Below are positions 52,382 through 64,000 of a stretch of 64,000 nt of DNA, one piece after another; the first letter of the stretch is position 1; each line of letters opens with the position of its first letter. The stretch lies in the NCBI GenBank assembly GCA_965235115.1, contig OZ249440.1:34350001-34414000 (forward strand), written 5' to 3'. The stretch comes from Laetmonice hystrix. Taxonomy: Eukaryota. Under the pieces are notes generated by a model that saw only the letters and a list, made by a program, of their open reading frames with translations, was not told the DNA's origin and made no database searches. The position numbers were made by a program, and so were the translations under genes.

Positions 52382-55300
52382 ACATACATACATACATACA
52401 TACATACATACATACATACATCCTCTTCAGCTGGATATTAGGTCATAGACCTGTTGGCTGATCTAGTTAATCGTCACTGGATAAATCTATACTAGTCTTG
52501 TGTGGTGGGAGTGGGAACTTAATGTCAGTGGTAAATCTGTGGTTGCACCAGACTTTGTCTAGACGACATTTGAAGCTGTTGAGGGAGGGAGCCATGACCA
52601 CCGCTTCTGGTAAGGCGTTCCATGAGTCGACAATTCGAAACCCAAAGAAACAATGTCTGGTAGCTGTCTGGCAATATCTTTTCTTCAATTTGAGAGAGTG
52701 ACCTCTAGTGCTGGTCTGTGTATCCCTAACGAGGATATCGCCACTGGCGTTGTAGATCTCGTGTAGAAATTTGTATGCTTCTATCACGTCCCCTCTAGCT
52801 CTCCGATAGTATAGACTGGGCAGATTCAGTTTCCTCAGTCTGGCCTCGTATGACAAGTCTTTTAGCTCCGGTAACAACTTGGTGGCCCTGCGCTGGACGC
52901 TCTCTAACAGCTTCTTGTCTTTTACGAGTCTGGGGGACCATGCCGAGTTGCTATATTCCAGATGAGGTCTCACAAGTGCTATAAAAGTCTCTTCAGGGAT
53001 TCATTGTCCAGGAACTGATAGGATCTTCTTATGGGTCCAAGGATCCTATTCGCTTTGTTAACTTGTATTTCCACGTGTTTTGAGAATTTAAGGCTAGGGT
53101 CGACATTCACACCTAAATCCTTTTCCAACTCAGTAGTTGCGAGTACTTGTGTAGTATCCCTCGACTCCATAGAGTATTGGTAATTTGGGTTGTTTTGGCC
53201 TATGTGAAGGATCTTGCACTTGTCAGGATTGAACCTCAGTTGCCATGTACTTGACCATGTCACAAAGCTGTCGATGTCACTCTGTAGCCGAACCTGATCT
53301 TCTAAGTTGTGTATACTCGCCCAGATTTTGGTATCATCGGCAAACATTTGTAGCAATGAGTGTATCATCAGGAAGGTCGTTTATGAAAAGAACGAAAAGA
53401 ATCAGTCCAAGAACACTACCTTGTGGAATTCCACTTGTAACTTCTGACCACCTGGACATGACACCATTCACTCGCACGCATTGCCTTCTGCCTTGTAGAA
53501 ACCGACTGACCCATTCCTTGATTTTGCCACGAATTCCATAGCTATGGAGCTTGGTGAGGAGACGAGCATAAGGGACTGAATCGAAAGCTTTAGCAAAGTC
53601 AAGATAAATTGCATCGATGGCCAACCCCTGATCAATTGCATCCGTCCAATGGTCAAGTACTGATAACAGGTTGGTGGTGCAGGCACGCCCATTAATAAAA
53701 CCATGTTGACATCTGGAGAAGAGATTGTTAGCCTTCATGTGTCCCACGATGTAGTCACGGACAATGGATTCCATTATCTTGCAAACAACAGTTGTTAAGC
53801 TCACTGGTCTATAATTACCAGGCTGTGATTTTTTTCCTTTCTTGAATAAGGGGGTTACGTGAGCATCCTTCCATTGTTGTGGCAAACATCCCTCGCTGAA
53901 AGATTTATCAAAAATAATACTCAGAGGTTCGGCAATTTCTTCGGCTGCTTCTTTTAGTACAAGTGGATGGTGGCCGTCCGGACCCGGTGATTTATTCACT
54001 TTTAGTGCTTGGAGCTTCTTAAGGACAGCTTCTCGAGTGAACACGACATCTTCGAGGGGTTCAGAAAAAAACTCTATCTGCAAAAGCAGGAATGTGATCT
54101 GTATCCTCGATTGTGAAGACACTGCAAAAGAAATTGTTCAGCAGCTCTGCCTTGTCTTTGTCATCCGTTACTGTTGACCCATCGCTCTCCTCAAGATCTG
54201 CCACTCCTTCTTTAGTCTTCAGTTTGATCTTGCATAAGCATAAAAGACCTTTGGGTTCTTCTTTGCTTCTCTTGCTATGCTCTTCTCGAAATCTCTCAGG
54301 GCTTTTCTGCACACCCACTTAGCCTGGTTCCTGGCTCTACTGCGCTCTAGCATAAGCAGTATAGTCTTGACCTTCTCTTGACTGGATATACCTTTGATAT
54401 GTCGACCTCTTCTTTTTCTCTTTCTTTAAAGCTTCTGCATTCATCCATAAGGGTTTCTTGTTGGAGCCGTCGGTATTCCACCTCTTCTTTGGTATAGTTA
54501 TTCCAACAGCGTCGTTTAGGACATCCTCAAAACAGGGCCGTAGCCTGCGGGGGCAGGGGGGGCAGCTGCCCCCCCTGGGATTTCCAGTTTTTTGTGTGTT
54601 TTTTTAACCCACACCCCGGGCCAGCTCAGCCAATGACGCGCTATCACTTGGCAGGCCTACTGCCCCCCCCCCACGCACCTAGCTCCTAGTTGTGTAAAAT
54701 CGCCTTTTGCATATGCGTATCGCTTCCTTTGCTGGCAGCAGTGTAGCAAGCGTATGAAAATTTTAGGACCTGGTGGTGGCTTTTCCCCAATGGAGCGAGC
54801 TGTTCCACTTCTGCAATCATATCTTCTTCGTTGGTAAGCACAAGATCAAGTAAATTTGCCATCTGGTCGAATCTATAATGTGTTGGTTCTTGAACATGCT
54901 GGTATAGGAAGGCGTCACGCACTGCTTCCAGAAATTTTGAGGCCTTGTGATTGGGATTGCCCGGCGAAACTCCATCTACCCAATCGATTCCAGGGTGGTT
55001 AAAATCGCCCGTCAAAGGTAAATGGGATTTGTAGAAACTTGCTGTTTGAAGAAATGCATTGAGTTTATCATTGTTCTCTTCAGTACTGTTGGGCGACCTA
55101 TAGGTGCATCCTATCAGTAAACGGTCATCCTTGCGCAGTGGAATTTCACACCATGTACTTTCAGCAAAATCTGCATCGATCTGACTTGGAGAGGCACTAA
55201 GACACTTCTTAACGTAGATAGCAACTCCCCTATGAACATTAATGTCCTGTAGATTATCATAACAGTCATAACCCTCCACCTGTAACTCGGACTGTGCTAT

Positions 55301-56140
55301 TTGTGACCTGCAATTCTTCGGAAGTAATTTCCGTTAAACAAATAATATCAGGGTGCTCAAGTGCAATCAGCTGTAACAGTTCAGCTCTCTTGTTGATCAA
55401 CGAATCTACATTAGTATACACACATGAAATTGAGTTATTTTCCACTTGGACTACGTATCCGTTTCTTCCACTGGCTCCTCTCTTCCTCTCTCTAAGGCTG
55501 AGTTCACATAGGAGTATACGGTATACGGTATTCGCTATTCGGTATTCGCTATACGCTATATGAATTGACATGAAATAAAAGGTGCCCCCCTGCCCCTCCC
55601 CTTGAACTGATTTTTCTGAAATTTTCAGAGTCAATACCCCTATATATCGGACCTTAGATCTGAAAATTTAGTTAAAAAATATTAAGAACTGTGTAAATGC
55701 TGAACTTTTAAACACAGGCACCCCAAGGTATACGCTGCACTAAAATCGAACACGCACGATTCCCACTATAATATACTATACGCCTTTTCGAATAGTGCCC
55801 TCTGATGTGACCCGGTATTATAAGATCCTATTGTACGATTTGAACTATACGCGTGCCCTGCAAAACGTGCACCGTATACCCGTGTCGTATACTCCTATGT
55901 GAACTCAGCCTAATGGTAGCCTTTCCCTTTGTGCATTCACCACCTTGCCTCCCCTGAGGATCCACTTGGCTTTCTCTCCCTTCTGTTGTGCCTGCTGATT
56001 CCTGCGGTCCCTCTCCTGCAGCAGTTCCTTCAAATCCCTCCTCTCCAAAGGGGTTAGATCCTTTTTGATAACTACATTCTTGTATCTAGCTCCACTTTCA
56101 CTGAGTTTCCTTGAGGCCTGCAAGCTTGCCGAGTCTAGTA
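52382..56140 (-). mobile_element. CR1-clade LINE (ORF1 end, APE, RT), frameshifted, with (TATG)n tail
   Basis: CVYTNVDSL, GDFNHP, NYRPVSLT, YLDFAKAFD, GIPQGSVLG, FADDTK and TRGHSLKL motifs; (CATA)n at 52382-52420; a short G/C-tract insertion at about 54533-54687. Confidence 0.92.
55496..55910. mobile_element. PIF/Harbinger MITE inserted in CR1 ORF1
   Basis: TIR GGCTGAGTTCACATAGGAGTATACG (25 bp, perfect) and TAA TSD; removing it restores ORF1 ...RLPLERGREEPVEETDT*. Confidence 0.92.
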
Positions 56141-58250
56141 ACCCTTGAAAACTGCGAGTAACCCTTGAAAACAGCGTTCTGCTATCGCTCCCTCTATTAT
56201 CGCCCACCATTAGTGACATTACTTTGAACGAAAAAGATACCTACCTTAGCATTGTTATCGCAGGGTTTCTTTTCCCTGGTTTGGGAAAGCCAAAAAACGT
56301 CATCCCAGGGTTTTTGCTGCGGGAATTGCTGCAATTTATTGCAGCACAATACTGCACATGGCAGGTGGGGGCGACCGTGCCAGCCATGGCCTCAGGCGCA
56401 GTCACGACCACATGTGTTCATAGATGGTGCTTCAATCAGCCATGCGACAGAATCTCCCATTGGCTTACTCAACATGACGCATCTATAACTCATTGATCTA
56501 TGGTTGCCTCTGGGTGACCAAAGCGTGCCAGCCTCGAGTGACCACGGCTAAAATTGACCTATATACATGTGGGTCTATACTTATAAGCACCATGGCACAT
56601 TGTAGGGACATTATTTGGTGCGGTGCTGACAATACAGTTTGTAGGATTCTTACTTGTTATACGGTTTAACACACGAAATACCAAATTGATTTCAGCATCG
56701 ACTTTTGCAAGCTAGCGAGCTGTGGGTCTCGGTCTATAGACGTATAGGCCAAGAAAGGGTGAGATCTAAGAATTGACAAAATCGGATGTAAAATTCAATG
56801 GTTACAAAAATACCTTTCGACATGGGTTTATTGTGACTGTTGCGACACATTCCCGGACTTATGTGCCATCCTAACCATTTTTAAGTAATTTAAGCGCATT
56901 TTTGGTGTCACGGATGCTCATTTCCTTTATTATCGCCCATGCGGAGCTCCCCGACTACACAGTCACACTCACACAAGATACACAGTCACAAACAACATGA
57001 CACTGTTAGACTGTATAATGGAATCTGATTCCAAGAGAGTTTGTTTTTAAAATACTTTACAACTACAAATACGGATTATTTGCCTTTCGCTAGAATTACG
57101 TATTAAAAATAAATTGAAAAGCTTGTGGCAGTGGCTACAAAGAGCAGTTTATTATTCTACAGTATCCTTAAGAGGGCAGCAGCAGCAAAAGCCTCAACTT
57201 GAGCCTAGCCTTCCACATGATCTGCCTGTATACACTTTAATTTATTTTTGCACCTCGTAGATTCCATATTATGCATAGGCGTCGGAACCAGGGGAGCCCC
57301 CCCCTCCCTCTGATCCAAGCATTATCCCTGTCCACCCATGAGTTTGCATGAAAGAAGCAATGTCATGAATTTGAGGTATTTAGGCCAACTGATGAAAGGC
57401 GATGGCACAGAGGCTGGTTGATACTTTACAAGACTGCACGGCCCTATTTTTAAAAAGGTTTCCATAATAAGTCTTTTTTTTTTTATTTCTTTTTTTTTTA
57501 TTCAATTTGTTATACTGGCCTCTTGTCGGCACACGCCGGTTTTCATCTAGAAGCCAGTTTACAACACCGTCCATAGACGACAAAAACAACACTCATACAA
57601 ACACAACAGAATGAAGTTGATGAAAATGATAGGAACCACTTATACAAACCTTCACAGTAGTTAGAGGTTTGGTGAAATTCTGCGTGAAATTCTGCTTGTC
57701 ATCCTGTGCCATCCACGTGTCTCAAATACTTTTGTTGGTTGTCTGTTAGGTCTGTCTGTTGTCTGTTAGGTCTTAATATGGGTATTAATATTATCCATTG
57801 GAGGAACGTAACTGTGTATTTAACAATTTATTCTTTTTTTTTTTATTGATCATATTTACCCAGGATCATCCGCTCGGCTAATCTGTTTTTATTTCATACT
57901 ATTAAACCAAAGTTATAGTTTCTTGTTCTTTAAAGATTTTGTAGGGAGGACCTGTATATTAACTACGCTGAGTGAAACGGAAAACACAGCATTATACAAA
58001 ACAACAGACGGACAGTTGCTAATTTTAGAAATCCCCTTACAAAACTAATTCACATTAACATTTCTTATGCGTGAATGAATTAGGCTCTTCCCATGATTTA
58101 AAAGGTCTTGCTTCAATTAAAGAAAAGTTGTTTTATCTGACTAGAAATGATATAAGCAACCAATACCATAACAATTAACATAAACAATTTTTTTATCTCA
58201 TTTTTTTTATTATCGAAAAGCCACTACTGCTTCCTCACACACTTCCTTAA

Positions 58251-58592
58251 AGGTGCTATTCGTCTCGCTCAGAATGACATTTCTCCTATGATACAATGTG
58301 CACATAGTACTAGAAAAAATTCCTACCGATACCATTGACCTGATAAACCTATTAGTTTGTGTGCAGCATTTGAAACCTATCTCGGTGCGCACCGAGATAG
58401 AGCCATTTCCTATGGTGGGGCGTGTCAGGGTCTCCACAGGCCTTCTGAGAGAGCCCCATTTGTGCCATTATCCCTGAAAATTTTCCTTTTGTTTTCCTTT
58501 GTTGTGAATCTATTTCCATGATAGGTGGGATCACATAAACGTCAACAAAATAAAAAATAAAAGAATTGAACTTTTTTCCACGAATAGCACCT
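58251..58592. mobile_element. Kolobok-like MITE
   Basis: TTAA|AGGTGCTATTCGT ... ACGAATAGCACCT|TTAA. Confidence 0.8.
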
Positions 58593-60364
58593 TTAAAACG
58601 TACGGAAACTTACCTAATTTCTGATGTCTTGCACCTTGGTTGACTGAGTGATTTCCTTTGAAAATGGATATCTTAAAAAGCCAATCATTGTACCAGAGAT
58701 GTAAAAATAAGAGTTACTTGCCTTATTGATATTGGTGATTACTCCAGATGTGACAGATTAACAAGCAAGACATACGTACCTGTGGTCACAAATAGTAAGG
58801 ATCTGGCCAGAACTGTTTCATGAATAACGGTTCAATGAAAACTTTTGTTTTAACTTGCATTGCAGGTAGAACTTTGATCCTGGTAACAAACATAAAGAGA
58901 GAAAACATATTGATTGACAGATTATAAACCTACGATTTTTCAAATTTATCACTTGCCACAGGGCAATTAAGGGGACAAAAAATTCTGCTTGTCATCCTGT
59001 GCCATCCACGTGTCTCAAATACTTTTGTTGGTTGTCTGTTAGGTCAAAGCACTAGCCACCGGGCTAGTTGGTCTGTTGGAGAAGCTCGACCATTCAATTA
59101 GTTGTCCCAGGATTCAGGCATACCTGATGAGGCATTTCACATGTAGAAGATTCACAACTTAAGAGTGAGTTGTATTCCAATAAGTAGGATTGTTGCTACC
59201 TCCCAACTTGTCAGGACTGCTCCAAGAAAACATATTAATATAGATGCATCTTCTCCCCGAACATCCACCTCATTTTTCTTTTCAAACACGTTCTGATGGT
59301 AAATGGCATACCATCACAAGCATGAAGAGTTCCGAGTTCTCAGTCCCATACAAGTTGAGATAGAAGAGGCTCACTGCATCCGAGCTATGTAGACACCAAG
59401 GCTTAAGTCAAGGTTATAATCCTAAGCTTATCTGAAAAACAAATGATGACAAGCGTATGATTTTTTTTGGATAGAGTGGGGGTCCCAAAAAAATGAAAAA
59501 GACGGACCATATTGTTCTTGGATGGGAAGCTCTATTCTTCCATGAAACCCAGCATGGCGGTCGCAGCTTCAAGCTCCACAGGACTGCGCTGCTGAGGTGG
59601 CTCTGCACTCGGCTGATCTTCTTGGACGTCCAAGCCATCTTGTAGGTGGACCAGAACCTCCTCCTCGCCCTCCTCACTTCCTGCCTCACTCTCCTCAGAA
59701 TCAGAAGACGCCTCGTCAGACGATGATGAAGTGGTCACTGTGAAGGCAAGGTCTGGATGTTCAGCACGGAACTGTTCCCGTCGCTGCTGTCTTGCCAGGA
59801 GGTCTTGATGTTGTTTCCTCTCTGTCTTCTGGACCTTGTCATCCCGCGATGACCATGTGGTGATTTTCACCTCTGCAAAGCCTCGCTGAATGGCTGTTCG
59901 TAAGAGGCGAATAAATGGGGCGACTTGTTTGCCGTGAGTCGCGACCCGTGTCGGTGGAGGAAGAGGTCCTGGTACCTGAGGACGGTGAATTGCTGCGGCT
60001 TTTCACAGGTCCAACACGGTGCTTTGGCTCCTACTTCACCTAGACGGGAGGTTGGAGAGGCCCGATCCAATCAATCGGCTGGTCACGCCTTGCCCTAGGA
60101 TTTTTTGTATTGAGTACCCTTTATAGTGGATTTAATTCTCTTATACAATAGGCAACATCTATCGTAACTATTTCTTCTTTATTCCTAGAAGGCGGTGGCT
60201 TAGGGTCAATCAAGTAATGGCAACACCCTCTTTCGTTCCATTGCTTGAGTACACCAACCCTATATCCTTGGTGTGCAACTGCTGGTTACCGCAGCTCTGC
60301 ACTTCCCCTTGTTGGGCTCCGTGGAGGGTGGGGAATAGGGTTGGTGAAACAATCTAACACAACC

Positions 60365-61204
60365 ATGGCATCAAACAATCCCCCCAAAAGAAAACTACTG
60401 AAACTAACGGACTCGGACTCGGACCGGTCTATGGAGAATGAACCTTTAACTGAATGGCCTCGTTTCATCATTGTTGAATCGGCGGAACCTGAACGACCAA
60501 TATCTAAGCTATCCCCTTTTGCCATCCATAAAGGCATATTGGGGATAGCTGGAACAGTCAAAGATTGTAAACGTTTGAGGTCTGGCCAACTGTTGGTAGA
60601 GTGTGCCACGAAGGCCCAATCTGCGAACCTGCTGAGTGCCACAGTACTCGCAGGTTACAGTATTAAGGCCTCTCGTCACCGGACGCTCAACTCCAGCAAG
60701 GGTGTTATTAGAACCAACTCTCTTGACACGACAACTGAACAGGAGATCCTTGCTGGGTTGAGCTGGCAAGGTGTGTCGGAAGTCAGAAGATTGATAGTGA
60801 AACGAGATGGTAACACCATCAAGACACACACATATTTTCTGACATTCGACAGGCCCAATCTACCAGATGAACTCGAGATTGGCTTTCTAAAGGTAAAAGT
60901 TGATCCCTACATCCCAAATCCTCTGCGTTGCTTTAAGTGCCAGAGGTTTGGGCATGGGACCGACTCATGTAGAAATGAACAAAAATGCTCTCAGTGCCCT
61001 GAAACAGGACATGACCATACAGGCTGTCAAAAGCCTGCTAAATGTGCCAACTGCGGGCAAGGTCATTCCACTGTTTCACGCGAATGCTCCGTGTGGAAAA
61101 AGGAAAAAGAAATCCTGAAGGTTAAAACAGAGAGAAAACTTAGTTTCCCTGAGGCACGCAAATTGGTGGAGCAATATTTGCTTCTACCAACAATAGTGCA
61201 ATAG
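60365..61204 (+). CDS. I-clade LINE ORF1 (gag-like, zinc knuckles); C-terminus possibly truncated
   Basis: ATG at 60365; LSPFAI, LRSGQLLV, YIPNPLRCFKCQRFGH, CSQCPETGH and CANCGQGH motifs. Confidence 0.88.
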   Translation: MASNNPPKRKLLKLTDSDSDRSMENEPLTEWPRFIIVESAEPERPISKLSPFAIHKGILGIAGTVKDCKRLRSGQLLVECATKAQSANLLSATVLAGYSIKASRHRTLNSSKGVIRTNSLDTTTEQEILAGLSWQGVSEVRRLIVKRDGNTIKTHTYFLTFDRPNLPDELEIGFLKVKVDPYIPNPLRCFKCQRFGHGTDSCRNEQKCSQCPETGHDHTGCQKPAKCANCGQGHSTVSRECSVWKKEKEILKVKTERKLSFPEARKLVEQYLLLPTIVQ

Positions 61205-61327
61205 CACTAATACAAACAAATTTCAGCATCTTCAAGATGTTGAAATGGCTGATGCTACGACTGGTCGTAGTCGCAGCCTTTCCCCCAAAATAAAATCTAG
61301 GGGGCGTTTGCCTGTTAAACCACCTTG

Positions 61328-64000
61328 ATGGCAGGCAAATGCTTCCTTCAATGGAATTGTCGAGGTTTTAGAGCCAATTTTAATGAGCTCAGACTTTTAG
61401 CAGAAAACCTTGATCCTCTAACTTGCCCTTTGTCTACAAGAAACATTTCTTACTGCCCGAGACAAAGTCTCATTTAAGGGCTATCAGACTTTCCTTGGTT
61501 TTGCACCAGATGGTGACCGTGCTGCTGGCGGCACTGCCATTCTGGTCCGACAAGACCTCATCCATAGCCCAGTTACAATAGACACACCATTACAAGCAAT
61601 AGCCATACGCCTAACTCTACATAAAGCCATCACTATCTGCTCCATATACATTCCCCCAAACAGTAACTTGGCCCACCAGGATCTTAATGATTTGGTGGGT
61701 CAACTGCCAACTCCGTATCTCCTTTTGGGAGATTTTAATGGCCACAATCCCTTATGGGGTGGCACCACAACTGATGGCAAGGGCAAGAAGATTGAAGAGT
61801 TCATTGATAATCATGCTCTATGCATTTTTAATGATGGTTCAAACACATACTTACATCCCGGTCATGGCACTTATACAGCCATTGACCTTGCAATAGCTGA
61901 ACCAGATCTGCTGCTGGATTTCTCCTGGAGGGTCTGGGATGACCTTTGCGGGAGTGACCACTTTCCCACCATCCTTACATATGAAGGACCCAACATAGAG
62001 GGAAAGCAACAACGGTGGCAACTTAAGAAAGCCGACTGGCACTCCTTCCAGACCCTCTGTCGGGAGGAATTCACAGCAGACATCATTAACGATCCTGAAG
62101 CAATGGATGATTTTACCTCGCTTTTAATCTCCATTGCAGATAGGACAGTTTCTAAAACCTCGACAATTCCCAAACATGTCTCAAATCCATGGTTTAATGA
62201 AGACTGCAAGCAGGCAATTAAAGACCGGAAGAAAGCAGAACGCCTTTTCAACAGGCATCCAACTGCAGTGAACCTTACTAATTTTAAAATTATGAGAGCA
62301 AGGGCACGCCGTATCTGCAAAGAGAGTCGGAGGCAGAGCTGGAGAGACTACGTCTCCAGCCTGACCTCTCGTACTCCTATCAAAAAAGTCTGGAACATGA
62401 TACGGAAACTTAAAGGCAAGGGAGGTAGTTCTGGAGTCCAACACTTAAAACACCAAGACACCCTACTAACCACCACAGATGAAATAGCAAATAAACTAGC
62501 CAAAACCTTTGAAACAAACTCCTCCTCCAGGAACTGCCTCCCTCAATTCCAAGCCATTCGTGCTCGAAAAGAGAAACAAAAACTAAATTTCCACTCTGAC
62601 AACACAGAAGAGTATAACCAACTCTTTTCCATTGAAGAACTAAGATGCTCTCTTAAAAAATCACACGACACTGCAGTTGGACCTGACAAAATACATTACC
62701 AATTCATAAAACATCTACCTGACACCACCCTTCTCATTCTCCTTCACATTTTCAACAATATCTGGATATCTGGTAATGTACCCCTTTCCTGGCAAGAAGC
62801 AATAATCATCCCCATCCCAAAACCAGGAAAAGACCATAGTGAAGCTAACAATTACAGACCAATAGCCTTAACAAGTTGCCTGTGCAAAACCATGGAGAGA
62901 ATGATCAATGATCGCCTCGTCTGGAAGCTTGAATCTGAACAACTCATCACTGATTTTCAGTGTGGCTTCCGGCGAGGGAGAAGTACTTTGGATCATCTGA
63001 TCAGACTTGAGACATACATCCGAGATGCTTTTATCAACCGTGAACATGTTGTTGCCGTCTTTTTCGACCTTGAAAAGGCATACGACACAACATGGAAGTA
63101 CGGCATTTTAAAAGATTTACATGATATGGGTTTTAGGGGGCGTTTGCCCCTTTTCATATCTCAGTTTTTATCCACCAGACATTTTCAAGTGAGAGTAGGC
63201 ACGACCCTGTCTGACTTGCATGACCAAGAATTAGGTGTGCCTCAGGGAAGCATTTTGTCTGTTACCCTTTTTAGTATTAAGATCAACAGCATTGTTAACT
63301 CGGTTAAAACTGGCGTGCCCTGCAGCCTGTTCGTCGATGACTTTGACGTCTGCTGCAGAGGCAAAAACATGAATGCCATTGAGAGACAGCTCCAACTTTG
63401 TCTCAACAGAATCCACACTTGGTCCGTGGAAAACGGTTTTAAATTTTCAAAATCTAAAACAGTCTGCATGCATTTCTGCAAACTGCGTGCTTTCCACCTT
63501 GACCCCGAGTTGACAATGGATGGAGATCCTATCAAGGTCGTTAAAGAGACAAAGTTTCTGGGACTCACTTTTGACAGCAAGCTGTCTTTTATCCCTCACA
63601 TTAAATCACTCAAATCCAGATGCCTTAAGGCTCTGGATGTTCTCAAGGTTTTATCTGGCACAAACTGGGGGGCAGACAGTACAGTCCTTTTACAACTGTA
63701 CAGAGCTTTAATCCGGTCGAAGCTCGATTATGGTAGCATAGTTTATGGTTCTGCTTGTAAGTCTTACATTCGGCTTTTGGACACGGTTCACCACCAGGGT
63801 TTGCGGCTTTCACTTGGGGCTTTTAGAACGTCCCCTGTTCAGAGTCTCTATGTGGAGGCCCGAGAGCCATCACTCGACAACAGGCGTCTGAAGCTGGCTC
63901 TGCAATATGCAGTCAAGCTCGGGACAAACAGTTCAAATCCAGCTTACAATTGCGTTTTTCACCCTCAGTTCCAACATTTATATGAAAGAAAGGAAACGTA
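61328..64000 (+). CDS. I-clade LINE ORF2 (APE-RT), early frameshift near 61420, runs off the window
   Basis: LQWNCRG, CLQET, GDFNGH, SDHFP, NYRPIAL, FFDLEKAYD, GVPQGS and LFVDD motifs. Confidence 0.9.

Noticed and set aside
58610..59430. Minus-strand exons of a gene
   Set aside because: Splice-like signals exist, but the frames I checked contain stops and no domain was recognisable.

Overview
AT-rich animal genomic DNA (probably a marine invertebrate such as a mollusc; this is inferred from the SINE/LINE types) that is almost entirely a nest of transposable elements. No intact cellular gene is recognisable. Left to right: a spliced THAP-domain pseudogene; a 14.7-kb hAT-type element (3723-18451) with a spliced transposase, carrying a Ginger1-like MITE and a 6.6-kb EnSpm/CACTA-like element with two satellite arrays; a degraded Sola2-type transposase; a 10-kb Sola1-type element with an intact 838-aa ORF, containing a structurally complete DIRS1 retroelement and a tRNA-SINE; a multi-exon tyrosine-recombinase (Crypton-like) pseudogene ending at an (AAT)14 tract; I-clade LINE 3' ends; a Gypsy element with identical 128-bp LTRs; a CR1 LINE; and an I-clade LINE running off the right edge, preceded by an antisense acidic reading frame. 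Many MITEs have readable TIRs and TSDs. Family names come from motifs recognised by eye, not from database searches.
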